Shown here piece by piece: positions 1 to 8,513 of a stretch of DNA of 24,000 bases. Position numbers and translations under genes: made by a program. The notes under the pieces were generated by a model that ran no database searches, had not been told where the DNA came from, and saw only the letters and a program-made list of their open reading frames with translations. Source of the stretch: an uncultured Desulfurococcaceae archaeon (GTDB lineage Archaea; Thermoproteota; Thermoprotei_A; Sulfolobales; NBVN01); the NCBI GenBank assembly GCA_964404265.1, contig CAYOJG010000005.1, positions 33,668-57,667 on the forward strand, written 5' to 3'. Numbering within the stretch: the first letter of the stretch is position 1; every line of letters starts with the position of its first letter.

Positions 1-354
1 TACTGCCACATAATAGTGAGTTTCGCCGAGGAAGGGCCTCAACTCACGTCCCCGACCTGCAGGATTTACGTCCCCGGGCAGGGATTAGTGGATATCGATT
101 CGGGAAGGCAGATCGGGGGCACGAATTACACACTCAACGATTTCCTCATGCAGATAGATTTCGAGAAGCCTCAGGGAAGTAAGGAGGTTTCCCTCGGAGG
201 GATGAAGGCACACATAGAGTGGAAGCTCCTTGCGTCGGAGGATGTCAGGATTCTGACCCCTGAAGGTATTTTCCTGCTTTCCGTTGCTGCCGCGGCCGTT
301 GTTGCTGGTGCTTTGTACACAATACTTGCGAGGAGGAAGTACATTATTGAGTGA
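1..354 (+). CDS. C-terminal part of a membrane-anchored protein of unknown function, truncated by the window edge
   Basis: The frame is open from base 1 through the called GTG start at 16 (YCHIIVSFAEEG...). It ends with a hydrophobic segment (GIFLLSVAAAAVVAGALYTIL) followed by basic ARRK, a typical C-terminal membrane anchor. Confidence 0.6.
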   Translation, partial: YCHIIVSFAEEGPQLTSPTCRIYVPGQGLVDIDSGRQIGGTNYTLNDFLMQIDFEKPQGSKEVSLGGMKAHIEWKLLASEDVRILTPEGIFLLSVAAAAVVAGALYTILARRKYIIE

Positions 355-355
355 C

Positions 356-2779
356 CTAATCCTCAACCTCAATACCTGCTAATGCGGAGACAGCCTCACG
401 CATAACCCTGACCGCCCTAGATTTCCCGACCCTGAGGAGTTCATAGATCTGCTCCCAGTCCATTCCCTGAAGGGCCTTACCTATTAGGACGGAACCTGTT
501 AACTCATCCAGTTCCTTAATCCTTCCCTCAAGAAGCACCTTCTTCGCAAGTATCGTGACTGCGTCAGCGACCGACTCATATGTCATGACGCCCCTGACAT
601 AAACCTCCAGCCTCTCCCTCTGTATTTCCGATAGCTGAAGCCTTGCCGCGTAACCCTCATTCCTCAGAACATCTCTAAACATCAGGTAGATTACGTCGGG
701 CTCGAAGTCCCTGTATACTGAGTGCAGGCTCTCGACAAGCTTAACCGAGAACTCCCCCACACCTAAATCTATTAACCTCCTCCACTCCTCACTCAAGGGC
801 TTAACCACAAGGGATGTGTACTCACCGCTCACCTTATTCCTGTCGGGAGACATGTGTACAGGGATGAAGCCGTTCCTGACCCAGAAATTCATGAGTTCCT
901 TACTGACACCGAAACCTGCCCCAACCCAGTCATAACCTCTCCGGACAGCCTCCTCAACAACCTTACTGAGGAGGAAGGAACCTATCCCCCTTCCCTGCAC
1001 ATCTATGTGTACAGCTATCCGTATAATTCTCCAACCAACACCCTTCCCGAAATCCCTTAGGCGGAGGTGTTTAACGAGCCTGTCAGGAATTATGTTGCCC
1101 GGTATCTTCCCTCCAGCAAGCAACTCATCAATAATATCTTCAGGAAGACCTCCCTCCTCCGCAAGCTGTGCAGCCCCGACAATCTTACCGGAGCCCTTCA
1201 GCTTAACAGCCCTGATGCTGTGGTGGGGTGCGTCAGCTATTCTTCCAAGATCATCCGGCTCGTTCCTGTAGTGGGCGAGGACATATATCCCGAAGAGGGA
1301 TCTTAGCTCCCTCTCCCCCTCCTCCGAGAAAAGGTATTCAGGGTCATAGACAACGTACTCGAAATTCCCTTCCTCAATCTCCTTCAAGTCATTCTCATCA
1401 AGCGGGTCGGGCTCCGCATCCATTAGGAGGGCATCGAACTGGAACCTCTCAATAGGGTCGGTGGCGGAGTACCTTATGGGTTCATTCATCTCGTACTCAA
1501 TCAGCTTAGTTTTCTTATCCTCCCTAAGCCTCTTCAGAAACCTTATCGAGAAACCTCTCCCAGCACCCTCATAGCCGTGGATGGTTGTGGCGTAGATTGT
1601 TCGCTTATACTTCCTCCATATCTTATGAAGTAGCGGGACAGGTATTCCGGCGGCCTCATCAACAATAACCACATCAACATTCACCCTCAGGACTGTGTAG
1701 GGCTCCCAGAACTCAATGCTGAAGCCCGGCCCCCTCAACTCAATGATGGTTCCCTCCCTAGTGAGTTCCTGGAACTTCATACCTAAGGCCTCAAGGGTTT
1801 TCCTCGCAAGCTTCATCAATGCCTGGATCGAGGATGGGTCGGAAGCCGTTACCGCTACCCTGACCTTAGTCTTGAATTTCTGCATCTCCTTAATGAAGCC
1901 AACAATACCTATCCCTACAGCCGATGACTTACCTCTACCCCTATCAGCAGTAACCACTATAGCTACTCTCTTCTTCCCCGGCTTAGGAACCAGGTGATCC
2001 TCAATCAGCTTGATAACGTTAACCTGATCCTGTGTGAGGGCCACTCTATAGACTTCCTTCGGGAAGAGAGTTTCTTCAGGAATCTCAAGCTTCCTAGAGG
2101 CCTTGCCCCTAGGCCTCGGGGACGTCAGCCTAGCCTTAATCACTGATGCACCATCAGTGTCATATATGTATATGCCTTCATGCTTCAGGAGCTTCCTAAT
2201 GAAGAAACCTGTGAAAATCTTTCTTGGTTCAGGATGGTTGGGGACGGCGAGATTACTTCTGAAAATCGTTTCAGCCTCAGGCCACTCGCTGAAGGGGGGA
2301 GCCATGAAGATTATGAGGCCGCCTCCCTCAACAATGCCTAGAAGCCTCCCAACATCGTTGGGCTTAAGGTCATTAACAAGATCCATGATGAGAACCTTGA
2401 ATGTTGATCCAAGGAACTTCTTACTTACCTCGTAAACAGCTTGAGTGAGCTCAACGTCCTCAACCCCCTTAAGCGCTGATGAAACCACCTTAGCCCTAAT
2501 CCTTCCGTCAGGGAACTCGTCATGGAATACATGGAGGACAGTGATAGGGCCCTTCAAGGCCTTGAGGCGTTTAAGTATTTTCACATACTTATACACAGCG
2601 TCAGCGGCTGCCCCACCAACCTTAATCGGGTCGCTCCCGCAGAAAACTATGAGGCGCCTCTCATTCTCCTTAACCCCCCTCCTAATATCCTTTCTCAGAA
2701 CCCTCCACATCTCTCTGTACTCGTCGGAAACTATTTCACGTAGTCGACGCCTCACATCCTCTAACCTTCTCCGCGCCAT
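356..2779 (-). CDS. tmcA: tRNA(Met) cytidine acetyltransferase, TmcA/Nat10 family
   Basis: 807 aa. Walker A-like VVVTADRGRGKSSAVGIG, DEAAGIPVPLLHKI helicase-like motif, and GNAT domain (RIAVHIDVQGRGIGSFLL... GFGVSKELMNFWVRNGFIPVH). Confidence 0.93.
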   Translation of the reverse strand: MARRRLEDVRRRLREIVSDEYREMWRVLRKDIRRGVKENERRLIVFCGSDPIKVGGAAADAVYKYVKILKRLKALKGPITVLHVFHDEFPDGRIRAKVVSSALKGVEDVELTQAVYEVSKKFLGSTFKVLIMDLVNDLKPNDVGRLLGIVEGGGLIIFMAPPFSEWPEAETIFRSNLAVPNHPEPRKIFTGFFIRKLLKHEGIYIYDTDGASVIKARLTSPRPRGKASRKLEIPEETLFPKEVYRVALTQDQVNVIKLIEDHLVPKPGKKRVAIVVTADRGRGKSSAVGIGIVGFIKEMQKFKTKVRVAVTASDPSSIQALMKLARKTLEALGMKFQELTREGTIIELRGPGFSIEFWEPYTVLRVNVDVVIVDEAAGIPVPLLHKIWRKYKRTIYATTIHGYEGAGRGFSIRFLKRLREDKKTKLIEYEMNEPIRYSATDPIERFQFDALLMDAEPDPLDENDLKEIEEGNFEYVVYDPEYLFSEEGERELRSLFGIYVLAHYRNEPDDLGRIADAPHHSIRAVKLKGSGKIVGAAQLAEEGGLPEDIIDELLAGGKIPGNIIPDRLVKHLRLRDFGKGVGWRIIRIAVHIDVQGRGIGSFLLSKVVEEAVRRGYDWVGAGFGVSKELMNFWVRNGFIPVHMSPDRNKVSGEYTSLVVKPLSEEWRRLIDLGVGEFSVKLVESLHSVYRDFEPDVIYLMFRDVLRNEGYAARLQLSEIQRERLEVYVRGVMTYESVADAVTILAKKVLLEGRIKELDELTGSVLIGKALQGMDWEQIYELLRVGKSRAVRVMREAVSALAGIEVED

Positions 2780-2831
2780 GAAACATCACCTGAAGGGATG
2801 GGGAGGGGTTAAGGAGAAGATCTTCTGAAGC

Positions 2832-5009
2832 CTAAAGAATCATTTTCTTAAGGCCTTCATAGGTCTTCTTATACGATTCCATTATGTCGGTGGACAGTGA
2901 AGGCTTCACGACCTTCAAAGCCTTGAGGAAGTACTCCATGCTCACAGGCCTTGCCTCGAACTTGTCCCTAAGCGCCAGAATCACTGCCTCCCTCACCAGA
3001 GCCTCCAGATCTGCACCTGAGTAACCTTCAGTCATATCCGCAAGCTTCTCGAGATCTACGTCCTCAGCAAGAGGGACGTTCCTAGTGTGGACCTTAAGGA
3101 TTTCTAGGCGGGCCTTCTTATCTGGAGGCGGGACGAAAATCACTCTATCGAACCTTCCCGGCCTCAGTAATGCAGGGTCAACGATGTCTGCCCTGTTAGT
3201 GGCACCGATAACTACGACGTTCTTAAGGGTCTGTATCCCGTCAAGCTCCGCAAGCAGCTGATTAACTATCCTGTCGGTGACGCCTGAGTCATGCCTGAAG
3301 CCCCTTGCAGGAGCTATCGAGTCAATCTCATCGAAGAAAACGACAGTCGGCGCTACCTGCCTAGCCCTCCTGAATATCTCCCTAATAGCCTTCTCTGACT
3401 CGCCAACCCACTTACTCAGTATCTCAGGTCCCTTCACCGCAATGAAGTTGGCTCCAGACTCAGTGGCAACAGCCTTAGCCAACAGTGTCTTACCGCATCC
3501 TGGAGGCCCGTACAGAAGAATTCCTCTAGGCGGCCTAATACCCATCTTCTCGAAAACGTCGGGCGACTTAAGAGGCCACTCCACAGCCTCACGAAGCTGC
3601 TGCTTAACGTCCTCAAGCCCACCGATATCCTCCCACTTAACCTCAGGAACCTCAACAAGAACCTCACGCATCAGGGTGGGGTGCACAAGTTTAAGGGCTT
3701 CAGTGAAGTCCTTATTCGTTACCTTAAGCTCCTTCAGCTTGTCCGGAGGTATCGGCTTATCTAGGTCGAGCTTCTCCTCCTTCATAAACCTCCTCAAAGC
3801 AGAGATGGCCGCCTCCTTAACTAGTGCCGCCAGATCCGCACCTGTGAAGCCGTGGGTTATTTCAGCAAGCTTCTCGAGATCTACGTCCTCAGCAAGAGGG
3901 ACGTTCCTAGTGTGGACCTCGAGGATTGCCTTCCTAGCCCTCTTATCGGGTGGAGGTATCTCTATCTCCCTGTCGAACCTTCCCGGACGCCTTAAGGCGG
4001 GGTCGACGGCATCGACCCTGTTAGTTGCACCGATAACTATCAGCCTGCCCCTCTCCTTCAGACCGTCCATGAGTGTGAGGAGCTGAGCAACAACCCTCTT
4101 CTCAACCTCGCCAACGACCTCCTCCCTCTTCGGCGCTATCGCATCGATCTCGTCAATGAATATTATTGCGGGGGCGTTCTTCTCAGCCTCCTCAAATATC
4201 TGCCTAAGCCTCTGCTCAGACTCTCCATAGAACTTACTCATTATTTCAGGACCGTTAATCGTTCTGAAGTAGGCGCCTATCTCGTTGGCTAGTGCCTTCG
4301 CCAGCAGTGTCTTCCCAACACCTGGAGGCCCGTGGAGAAGTATCCCTTTAGGAGGCTCGATACCTAAGTGCTTGAAGAGCTCTGGATGCCTCATAGGTAA
4401 CTCAACTATCTCCCTAATCCTTGCCTTAACCTCCTCAAGATCCCCTATGTCTTCCCAAGTAACTCTCGGGACGCCGCGAGCTATTGCCTCAACACTGACA
4501 GGCTCCTCCCTAATCTCCACCCTAGTGTCCTCATCCACATACACCGCTTGAGTGGGTTGAGTAGCTATAACCACGAACCTTAAGGGCTCGCCGAACGGGT
4601 AGAAAATGAATATGACTTCACCCCTCTTTAGTGGCTTGTACTGAAGTTGCTCCTTAACGTACTCAACGAAGCTCTCATCAAACCTTATCCTTATTGTGGG
4701 GGCTAGGGTAACCCTCGTACCTTTCTCTACCTTAGCCTTCCTGACCTTAACATACTCCCCGACAGCAGCACCTATGGCTTCCCTAGTGTAGCCGTCGATA
4801 CGTATGATGTCTCTGGCCTCATCCTCCCTTAAGGCGGGCCAGACCTGAAGAATTACCGAGCCCTTAGGCCCCTCAACCTCTATGAAGTCTCCGTAGTTAA
4901 CGCCCAGCTCATCCATTATTCTGCGGCTTATCCGAGCTATCTTTCTCCCAACATCCTTCTGACGCGCCGTCTCGACACGCAACTCATGATAATCTGTGCT
5001 TGGTGACAT
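2832..5009 (-). CDS. cdc48: Cdc48/p97/VAT-type AAA+ ATPase with two AAA domains
   Basis: 725 aa. Double-psi N domain, two Walker A motifs ([16 protein letters not shown]), two Walker B motifs ([24 protein letters not shown]), and the second region of homology in each domain. Confidence 0.96.
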   Translation of the reverse strand: MSPSTDYHELRVETARQKDVGRKIARISRRIMDELGVNYGDFIEVEGPKGSVILQVWPALREDEARDIIRIDGYTREAIGAAVGEYVKVRKAKVEKGTRVTLAPTIRIRFDESFVEYVKEQLQYKPLKRGEVIFIFYPFGEPLRFVVIATQPTQAVYVDEDTRVEIREEPVSVEAIARGVPRVTWEDIGDLEEVKARIREIVELPMRHPELFKHLGIEPPKGILLHGPPGVGKTLLAKALANEIGAYFRTINGPEIMSKFYGESEQRLRQIFEEAEKNAPAIIFIDEIDAIAPKREEVVGEVEKRVVAQLLTLMDGLKERGRLIVIGATNRVDAVDPALRRPGRFDREIEIPPPDKRARKAILEVHTRNVPLAEDVDLEKLAEITHGFTGADLAALVKEAAISALRRFMKEEKLDLDKPIPPDKLKELKVTNKDFTEALKLVHPTLMREVLVEVPEVKWEDIGGLEDVKQQLREAVEWPLKSPDVFEKMGIRPPRGILLYGPPGCGKTLLAKAVATESGANFIAVKGPEILSKWVGESEKAIREIFRRARQVAPTVVFFDEIDSIAPARGFRHDSGVTDRIVNQLLAELDGIQTLKNVVVIGATNRADIVDPALLRPGRFDRVIFVPPPDKKARLEILKVHTRNVPLAEDVDLEKLADMTEGYSGADLEALVREAVILALRDKFEARPVSMEYFLKALKVVKPSLSTDIMESYKKTYEGLKKMIL

Positions 5010-5068
5010 TACCTACCACCTGATAAGTATTATATACAAAACGTTTTATAAGTAACCTAATCCCGGAT

Positions 5069-7024
5069 TCAGATCCTCTCAAGAACGTCCAGGCCTAGGA
5101 GACGCATACCTACCTCAAGAACCTCCTTAACGCTGAAGGTTATCCCTAGCTTAAGGTGTCTAACCCCCTCATCCGGTTCCTTAAGGATGGGTTCCTCGTC
5201 ATACCAGGTGTTGAAGGTGTCCGCAACCCTGATGAGGTAGGCGACAAGGTCCTCAGGGTGGAGAGAATCTAGAACCCCTTCAGTAACTGACGGGAATTTA
5301 CCTATTAACCAGACGAGGTCCCTCCTCCTGCCGGAGCCTATTGCTGAGTAGTTAATTCTTTCCCAATCAACACCGTTCCCTGACTTAACCAGCACGGAAT
5401 TAGCTCTCGCGTAGGTGTACTGGAGGTAGGGGCCTGAAAGCTGCTTAGTGTCCAGAGCCCTCCTCATATCGAAGGTCAGGGTCTTCGTCGGCGATGTGGA
5501 GAGCATCATGTATTTGAATGCTGACCTAGCCATCTTCCTCACGGCTTCAGTGTTAGCCACACCCCGCTCAGCCATAACCCCCTCAATAATCCTCTCCATT
5601 GATGAAAGAAGCTCATCTATAGTGACGTACCTGCCCCTCCTGCCCGACATCGAGGCTCCAGGCAGGTTAACCATCTCGTATGCGTAGTGGATAGTGTTCG
5701 CCGCCTCCCTCCTGTGACCTAGTGCGTAGAGGGCGAGCCTCAGCTGCGCCTGGCTCAGGGTCTGCTCAACAGCTATCACGTTAATCACTTTATCCGCGTT
5801 GAACTCCCTGAACTTCTTGAGGGTGTATGCAATATCCCTCGTTGTGTATAGGGTTGTTCCGTCACTCCTAACCAGGATTAGGGGAGGTATTTCAAGACCT
5901 TTCGGTATCTTAAGCTCCTTAAGCACATCCTCCCGCTCAAGAAGCTTCTCGAAGTTGAGGGCTGGAACGCCTTTATGAATCATGAAGTGAGGGGACTCTC
6001 TAGCCTGCCTAAGTACATCATCAACGAGGCCCTCCCTAATCAGGTCGCTTTCCCAGTCCCAGACATCCATAGATATGCCTAAAGCCTCAAGAGTTTGTTT
6101 AATGCCCTCCATAACACCCTTCGTGACCTCCCTAACGAGCTCGGAGTCACCTACACCGGACTCGTAGTCCTTAAGTATCTTCGCAACGGATGTGTTAGGG
6201 TCCTCATCCCTACCGACCTCATCGATAAGCCTGTCAACCTCCCGAGGAATCTTCTCCCTAATCCTCTGGAGGTCGGCGACAAGGCTATCCAGCTCCGCAA
6301 TGATTTCCCTCTCCTCCGACTCGTTGCCCTGTGACTTAGCGGCCTCAAGCCTTTTCCTAGCGTTAAGGATGTCTATAACGGTCACGGTCGCGGCGTAGAT
6401 GAGTCCATAGTAGTGGTCGGGCTTTACACCTTCCGGAGGCTTAGGCCTGCCGAGAAGCCTATAGCCGTAGGCTAGGTACGCAACCTGAAGACCTACGTCA
6501 TCAACGTAGTACCTCCTCTGCACGGTGTGGCCTGCAGCGCTAAGCATCCTGTAGATGAAATCTCCCAACACCGCATTCCTTCCTGAACCAACGTGAAGGG
6601 GATGTATAGGGTTTGCTGAGACGTATTCCACAACAATTCTCTCAGGCTTCTCAGCCTTAGGGACTCCGTACATCCCCTCAAGCCTTCTAACGGAGGAAAG
6701 CACCATCTCCCCGTAGCGGGTGAAGTCTATGAAGAAGTTTACGTAGGGGCCTGCCCTCCTCACATCCCTGACAAGCTGGCTTAACTCACCAGCCTTAACC
6801 AGAGCACTAGCCACGTCCTCGAAACTGCCTCCACACGCCTTAAGGATTCTGGGCACAGGAATTCCTAGGTCTCCGAACTCCTTCCTAGGGGGCTCCTCAA
6901 TGAATCTCTCCAGATCCTCCGGGGGCTTATTAGGGCAGGTGTTGGAGAGTTCGGAAGAAATAAGTTTAGTTAAAGACTTAGTAAGATCCTTGAAGGGATT
7001 GGTTGAGGGCAAACATCCCACCAA
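5069..7024 (-). CDS. argS: Arginyl-tRNA synthetase
   Basis: 651 aa. Class I signature NPIHPLHVGSGRNAVLGD, DVWDWESDL, and DALR-type C-terminus (LSGPYLQYTYARANSVL). Confidence 0.92.
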   Translation of the reverse strand: MVGCLPSTNPFKDLTKSLTKLISSELSNTCPNKPPEDLERFIEEPPRKEFGDLGIPVPRILKACGGSFEDVASALVKAGELSQLVRDVRRAGPYVNFFIDFTRYGEMVLSSVRRLEGMYGVPKAEKPERIVVEYVSANPIHPLHVGSGRNAVLGDFIYRMLSAAGHTVQRRYYVDDVGLQVAYLAYGYRLLGRPKPPEGVKPDHYYGLIYAATVTVIDILNARKRLEAAKSQGNESEEREIIAELDSLVADLQRIREKIPREVDRLIDEVGRDEDPNTSVAKILKDYESGVGDSELVREVTKGVMEGIKQTLEALGISMDVWDWESDLIREGLVDDVLRQARESPHFMIHKGVPALNFEKLLEREDVLKELKIPKGLEIPPLILVRSDGTTLYTTRDIAYTLKKFREFNADKVINVIAVEQTLSQAQLRLALYALGHRREAANTIHYAYEMVNLPGASMSGRRGRYVTIDELLSSMERIIEGVMAERGVANTEAVRKMARSAFKYMMLSTSPTKTLTFDMRRALDTKQLSGPYLQYTYARANSVLVKSGNGVDWERINYSAIGSGRRRDLVWLIGKFPSVTEGVLDSLHPEDLVAYLIRVADTFNTWYDEEPILKEPDEGVRHLKLGITFSVKEVLEVGMRLLGLDVLERI

Positions 7025-7037
7025 AAAACAGTGTTGT

Positions 7038-7373
7038 TTAGACTAAGGTGGTGAGGTCCCTGAAATCCATGGGGAGAGGGCCACCCATAGACTTATACTG
7101 ATCATACTTCTCCTCAAGGTAAGCAATGAATACGGGGCATCCCTCGAACTTCCCGTCACGGTCGCACTTAGTGGTCTTCTCATACTTCAGCTGCTTAATG
7201 AAGCAGTTCCCCAGCTTCTTATCGAAGTAGGGGCAGATCTTGTGGTATTTCTTCGCCGACTTAACCATTCTCTCTACCCATCTCTTCTTAGGGTCGGTCG
7301 TCTTCTCAGGTGCAGTTGTTGTTAGCACCTTCTTGAGATCCTCCTCACTTATCTTCGAACCCATAAGCATCAC
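7038..7373 (-). CDS. Small Cys-containing conserved-looking hypothetical protein; the true start may be ATG 7370 or 7364
   Basis: 111 aa. Four cysteines in CPYFDKKLGNC...TKCDRDGKFEGCPVF, with SD-like GGTGATG near the start. Confidence 0.6.
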   Translation of the reverse strand: MMLMGSKISEEDLKKVLTTTAPEKTTDPKKRWVERMVKSAKKYHKICPYFDKKLGNCFIKQLKYEKTTKCDRDGKFEGCPVFIAYLEEKYDQYKSMGGPLPMDFRDLTTLV

Positions 7374-7383
7374 CCGTAACCTC

Positions 7384-7405
7384 TTTATGCGCTCACGCGC
7401 ATAAA
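7384..7405 (-). promoter_or_regulatory. Perfect 9-bp inverted repeat with 4-nt loop in the predicted 5' UTR/promoter of the 7038..7373 gene
   Basis: Plus strand TTTATGCGC TCAC GCGCATAAA. As minus-strand RNA it reads UUUAUGCGC-GUGA-GCGCAUAAA, a stem with a GNRA-type tetraloop. Confidence 0.6.
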
Positions 7406-7522
7406 TCTCTTATCAAGATAATCGGGTTGACTGGCTTTTAAACCTAACACCTTCAGATAGATGAAGATGGCTAACCCTAAAAACGTCTCTACTTTCGCCT
7501 TGCCTTCAGTGCTGGGAGGCCG

Positions 7523-7804
7523 TTACTCGAGCCCCACGATAGTGAATCGGCCGTCCTCCATTACGTAGACGCGGCCCTCATTAACTAGCTTAGTTAACGC
7601 CTTCCTTATCTTGTCCTCGCTTGCTAGACCTGAGAGGAAGGAGTGGAGCTCCTTAACGCTCATGGGCCTGTCGCGGAGAAGATCCGTTAGAATATTGACG
7701 AGCTGATCTTCCGTCGGGGCCCGCACAACAACGACCTCCGCATCCTCATAAACCACTTTAAGGCCGAGCTTTCTTTCCGCGTCCATACCGCCGTTTTCAG
7801 CCAT
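7523..7804 (-). CDS. Small winged-helix/HTH-like conserved hypothetical protein
   Basis: 93 aa. The pattern MSVKELHSFLSGLASEDKIRKALTKLVNEGRVYVMEDGRFTIVG resembles a wHTH domain. It has its own promoter-like TATA upstream. Confidence 0.6.
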   Translation of the reverse strand: MAENGGMDAERKLGLKVVYEDAEVVVVRAPTEDQLVNILTDLLRDRPMSVKELHSFLSGLASEDKIRKALTKLVNEGRVYVMEDGRFTIVGLE

Positions 7805-7836
7805 TTATTAACCCCTAAGCCTAGAGTTCTATACAG

Positions 7837-7844
7837 CTTATAAG
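7837..7844. promoter_or_regulatory. Self-complementary TATA element (CTTATAAG) probably shared by the two divergent genes
   Basis: The palindromic CTTATAAG lies between divergent ORFs starting at 7804 (-) and 7852 or 7876 (+), about 33 nt from either probable start. Confidence 0.45.
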
Positions 7845-7851
7845 TTTATTA

Positions 7852-8268
7852 ATGATAGTTACTGCCGGGTTAGAAATGCCGTGTCCATGGTATAAAGACG
7901 GTTACTGCACATCGCCCGCGCTGGAGAGGCCTTCCCAAGACCCAGTAATCCCTTCAGTGTGCCTGGGTGATGAACCTGTTTACAGGCTGTGTAAGTTCTA
8001 TAGGGAGCCGACGACGCTTGGAAGGCTCCCGGGGAGGGTGTATCCCTCGAAGTTCGGTAAGCCTCTCCTCCTCATACATTCACTTAAGGGGGAGCCTAAG
8101 TCAGGATGCGAGTTCTTCGTTGTTGAGAAGCACGAGTCCGGCGCGTACCTAGCTGGCTGCGAGGTTCTGGGAAGATACCTTACGAGGTATGAGGTGCCTC
8201 TATGCGAGAAGAGCTGGCAGGACTGCCCTTACAGGAAAATAGGTTTAGCCCTTAGAGAAGAAAAATAG
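7852..8268 (+). CDS. Cys-rich hypothetical protein; true start more likely ATG at 7876
   Basis: 138 aa from 7852, 130 aa from 7876. It has eight cysteines, including CPWYKDGYC, SVC...RLC and LCEKSWQDCPYR. The TATA at 7837-7844 is too close to ATG 7852 but well placed for ATG 7876. Confidence 0.6.
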   Translation: MIVTAGLEMPCPWYKDGYCTSPALERPSQDPVIPSVCLGDEPVYRLCKFYREPTTLGRLPGRVYPSKFGKPLLLIHSLKGEPKSGCEFFVVEKHESGAYLAGCEVLGRYLTRYEVPLCEKSWQDCPYRKIGLALREEK

Positions 8269-8463
8269 CTAAGCCCTAACCTCTTCCACCATAGCTGCAG
8301 GCATCTCCATCCTCTGAAGGATTTCCGGGTTGCTTTCAGGGACGTAAATTATGCGGACCTCATCGAAGAGATCCCTATACATCTGGATCCTCTTAACGAA
8401 TCTAGCGCTCTTACTGTCATAACCAACATAGACTACGAGCCTTTTCTTAAGCATCCAAGCCAC
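8269..8463 (-). CDS. 64-aa hypothetical protein with possible thioredoxin-like beta-alpha-beta pattern
   Basis: MAWMLKKRLVVYVGYDSKSARFVKRIQMYRDLFDEVRIIYVPESNPEILQRMEMPAAMVEEVRA. An AT-rich TATA-like TTTTTATTA lies about 35 nt upstream. It is convergent with and abutting the 7852 gene. Confidence 0.45.
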   Translation of the reverse strand: MAWMLKKRLVVYVGYDSKSARFVKRIQMYRDLFDEVRIIYVPESNPEILQRMEMPAAMVEEVRA

Positions 8464-8513
8464 CGTTACTGACCTTACGCCGCGTGATGTTTAATAAAAA
8501 CGCATCCACTTAC

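Noticed and set aside
3277-4086. 269-aa plus-strand ORF antisense to cdc48
   Set aside because: It lies fully opposite a strongly conserved gene, is Ser/Leu rich and low-complexity, and is a usual shadow ORF of codon bias.
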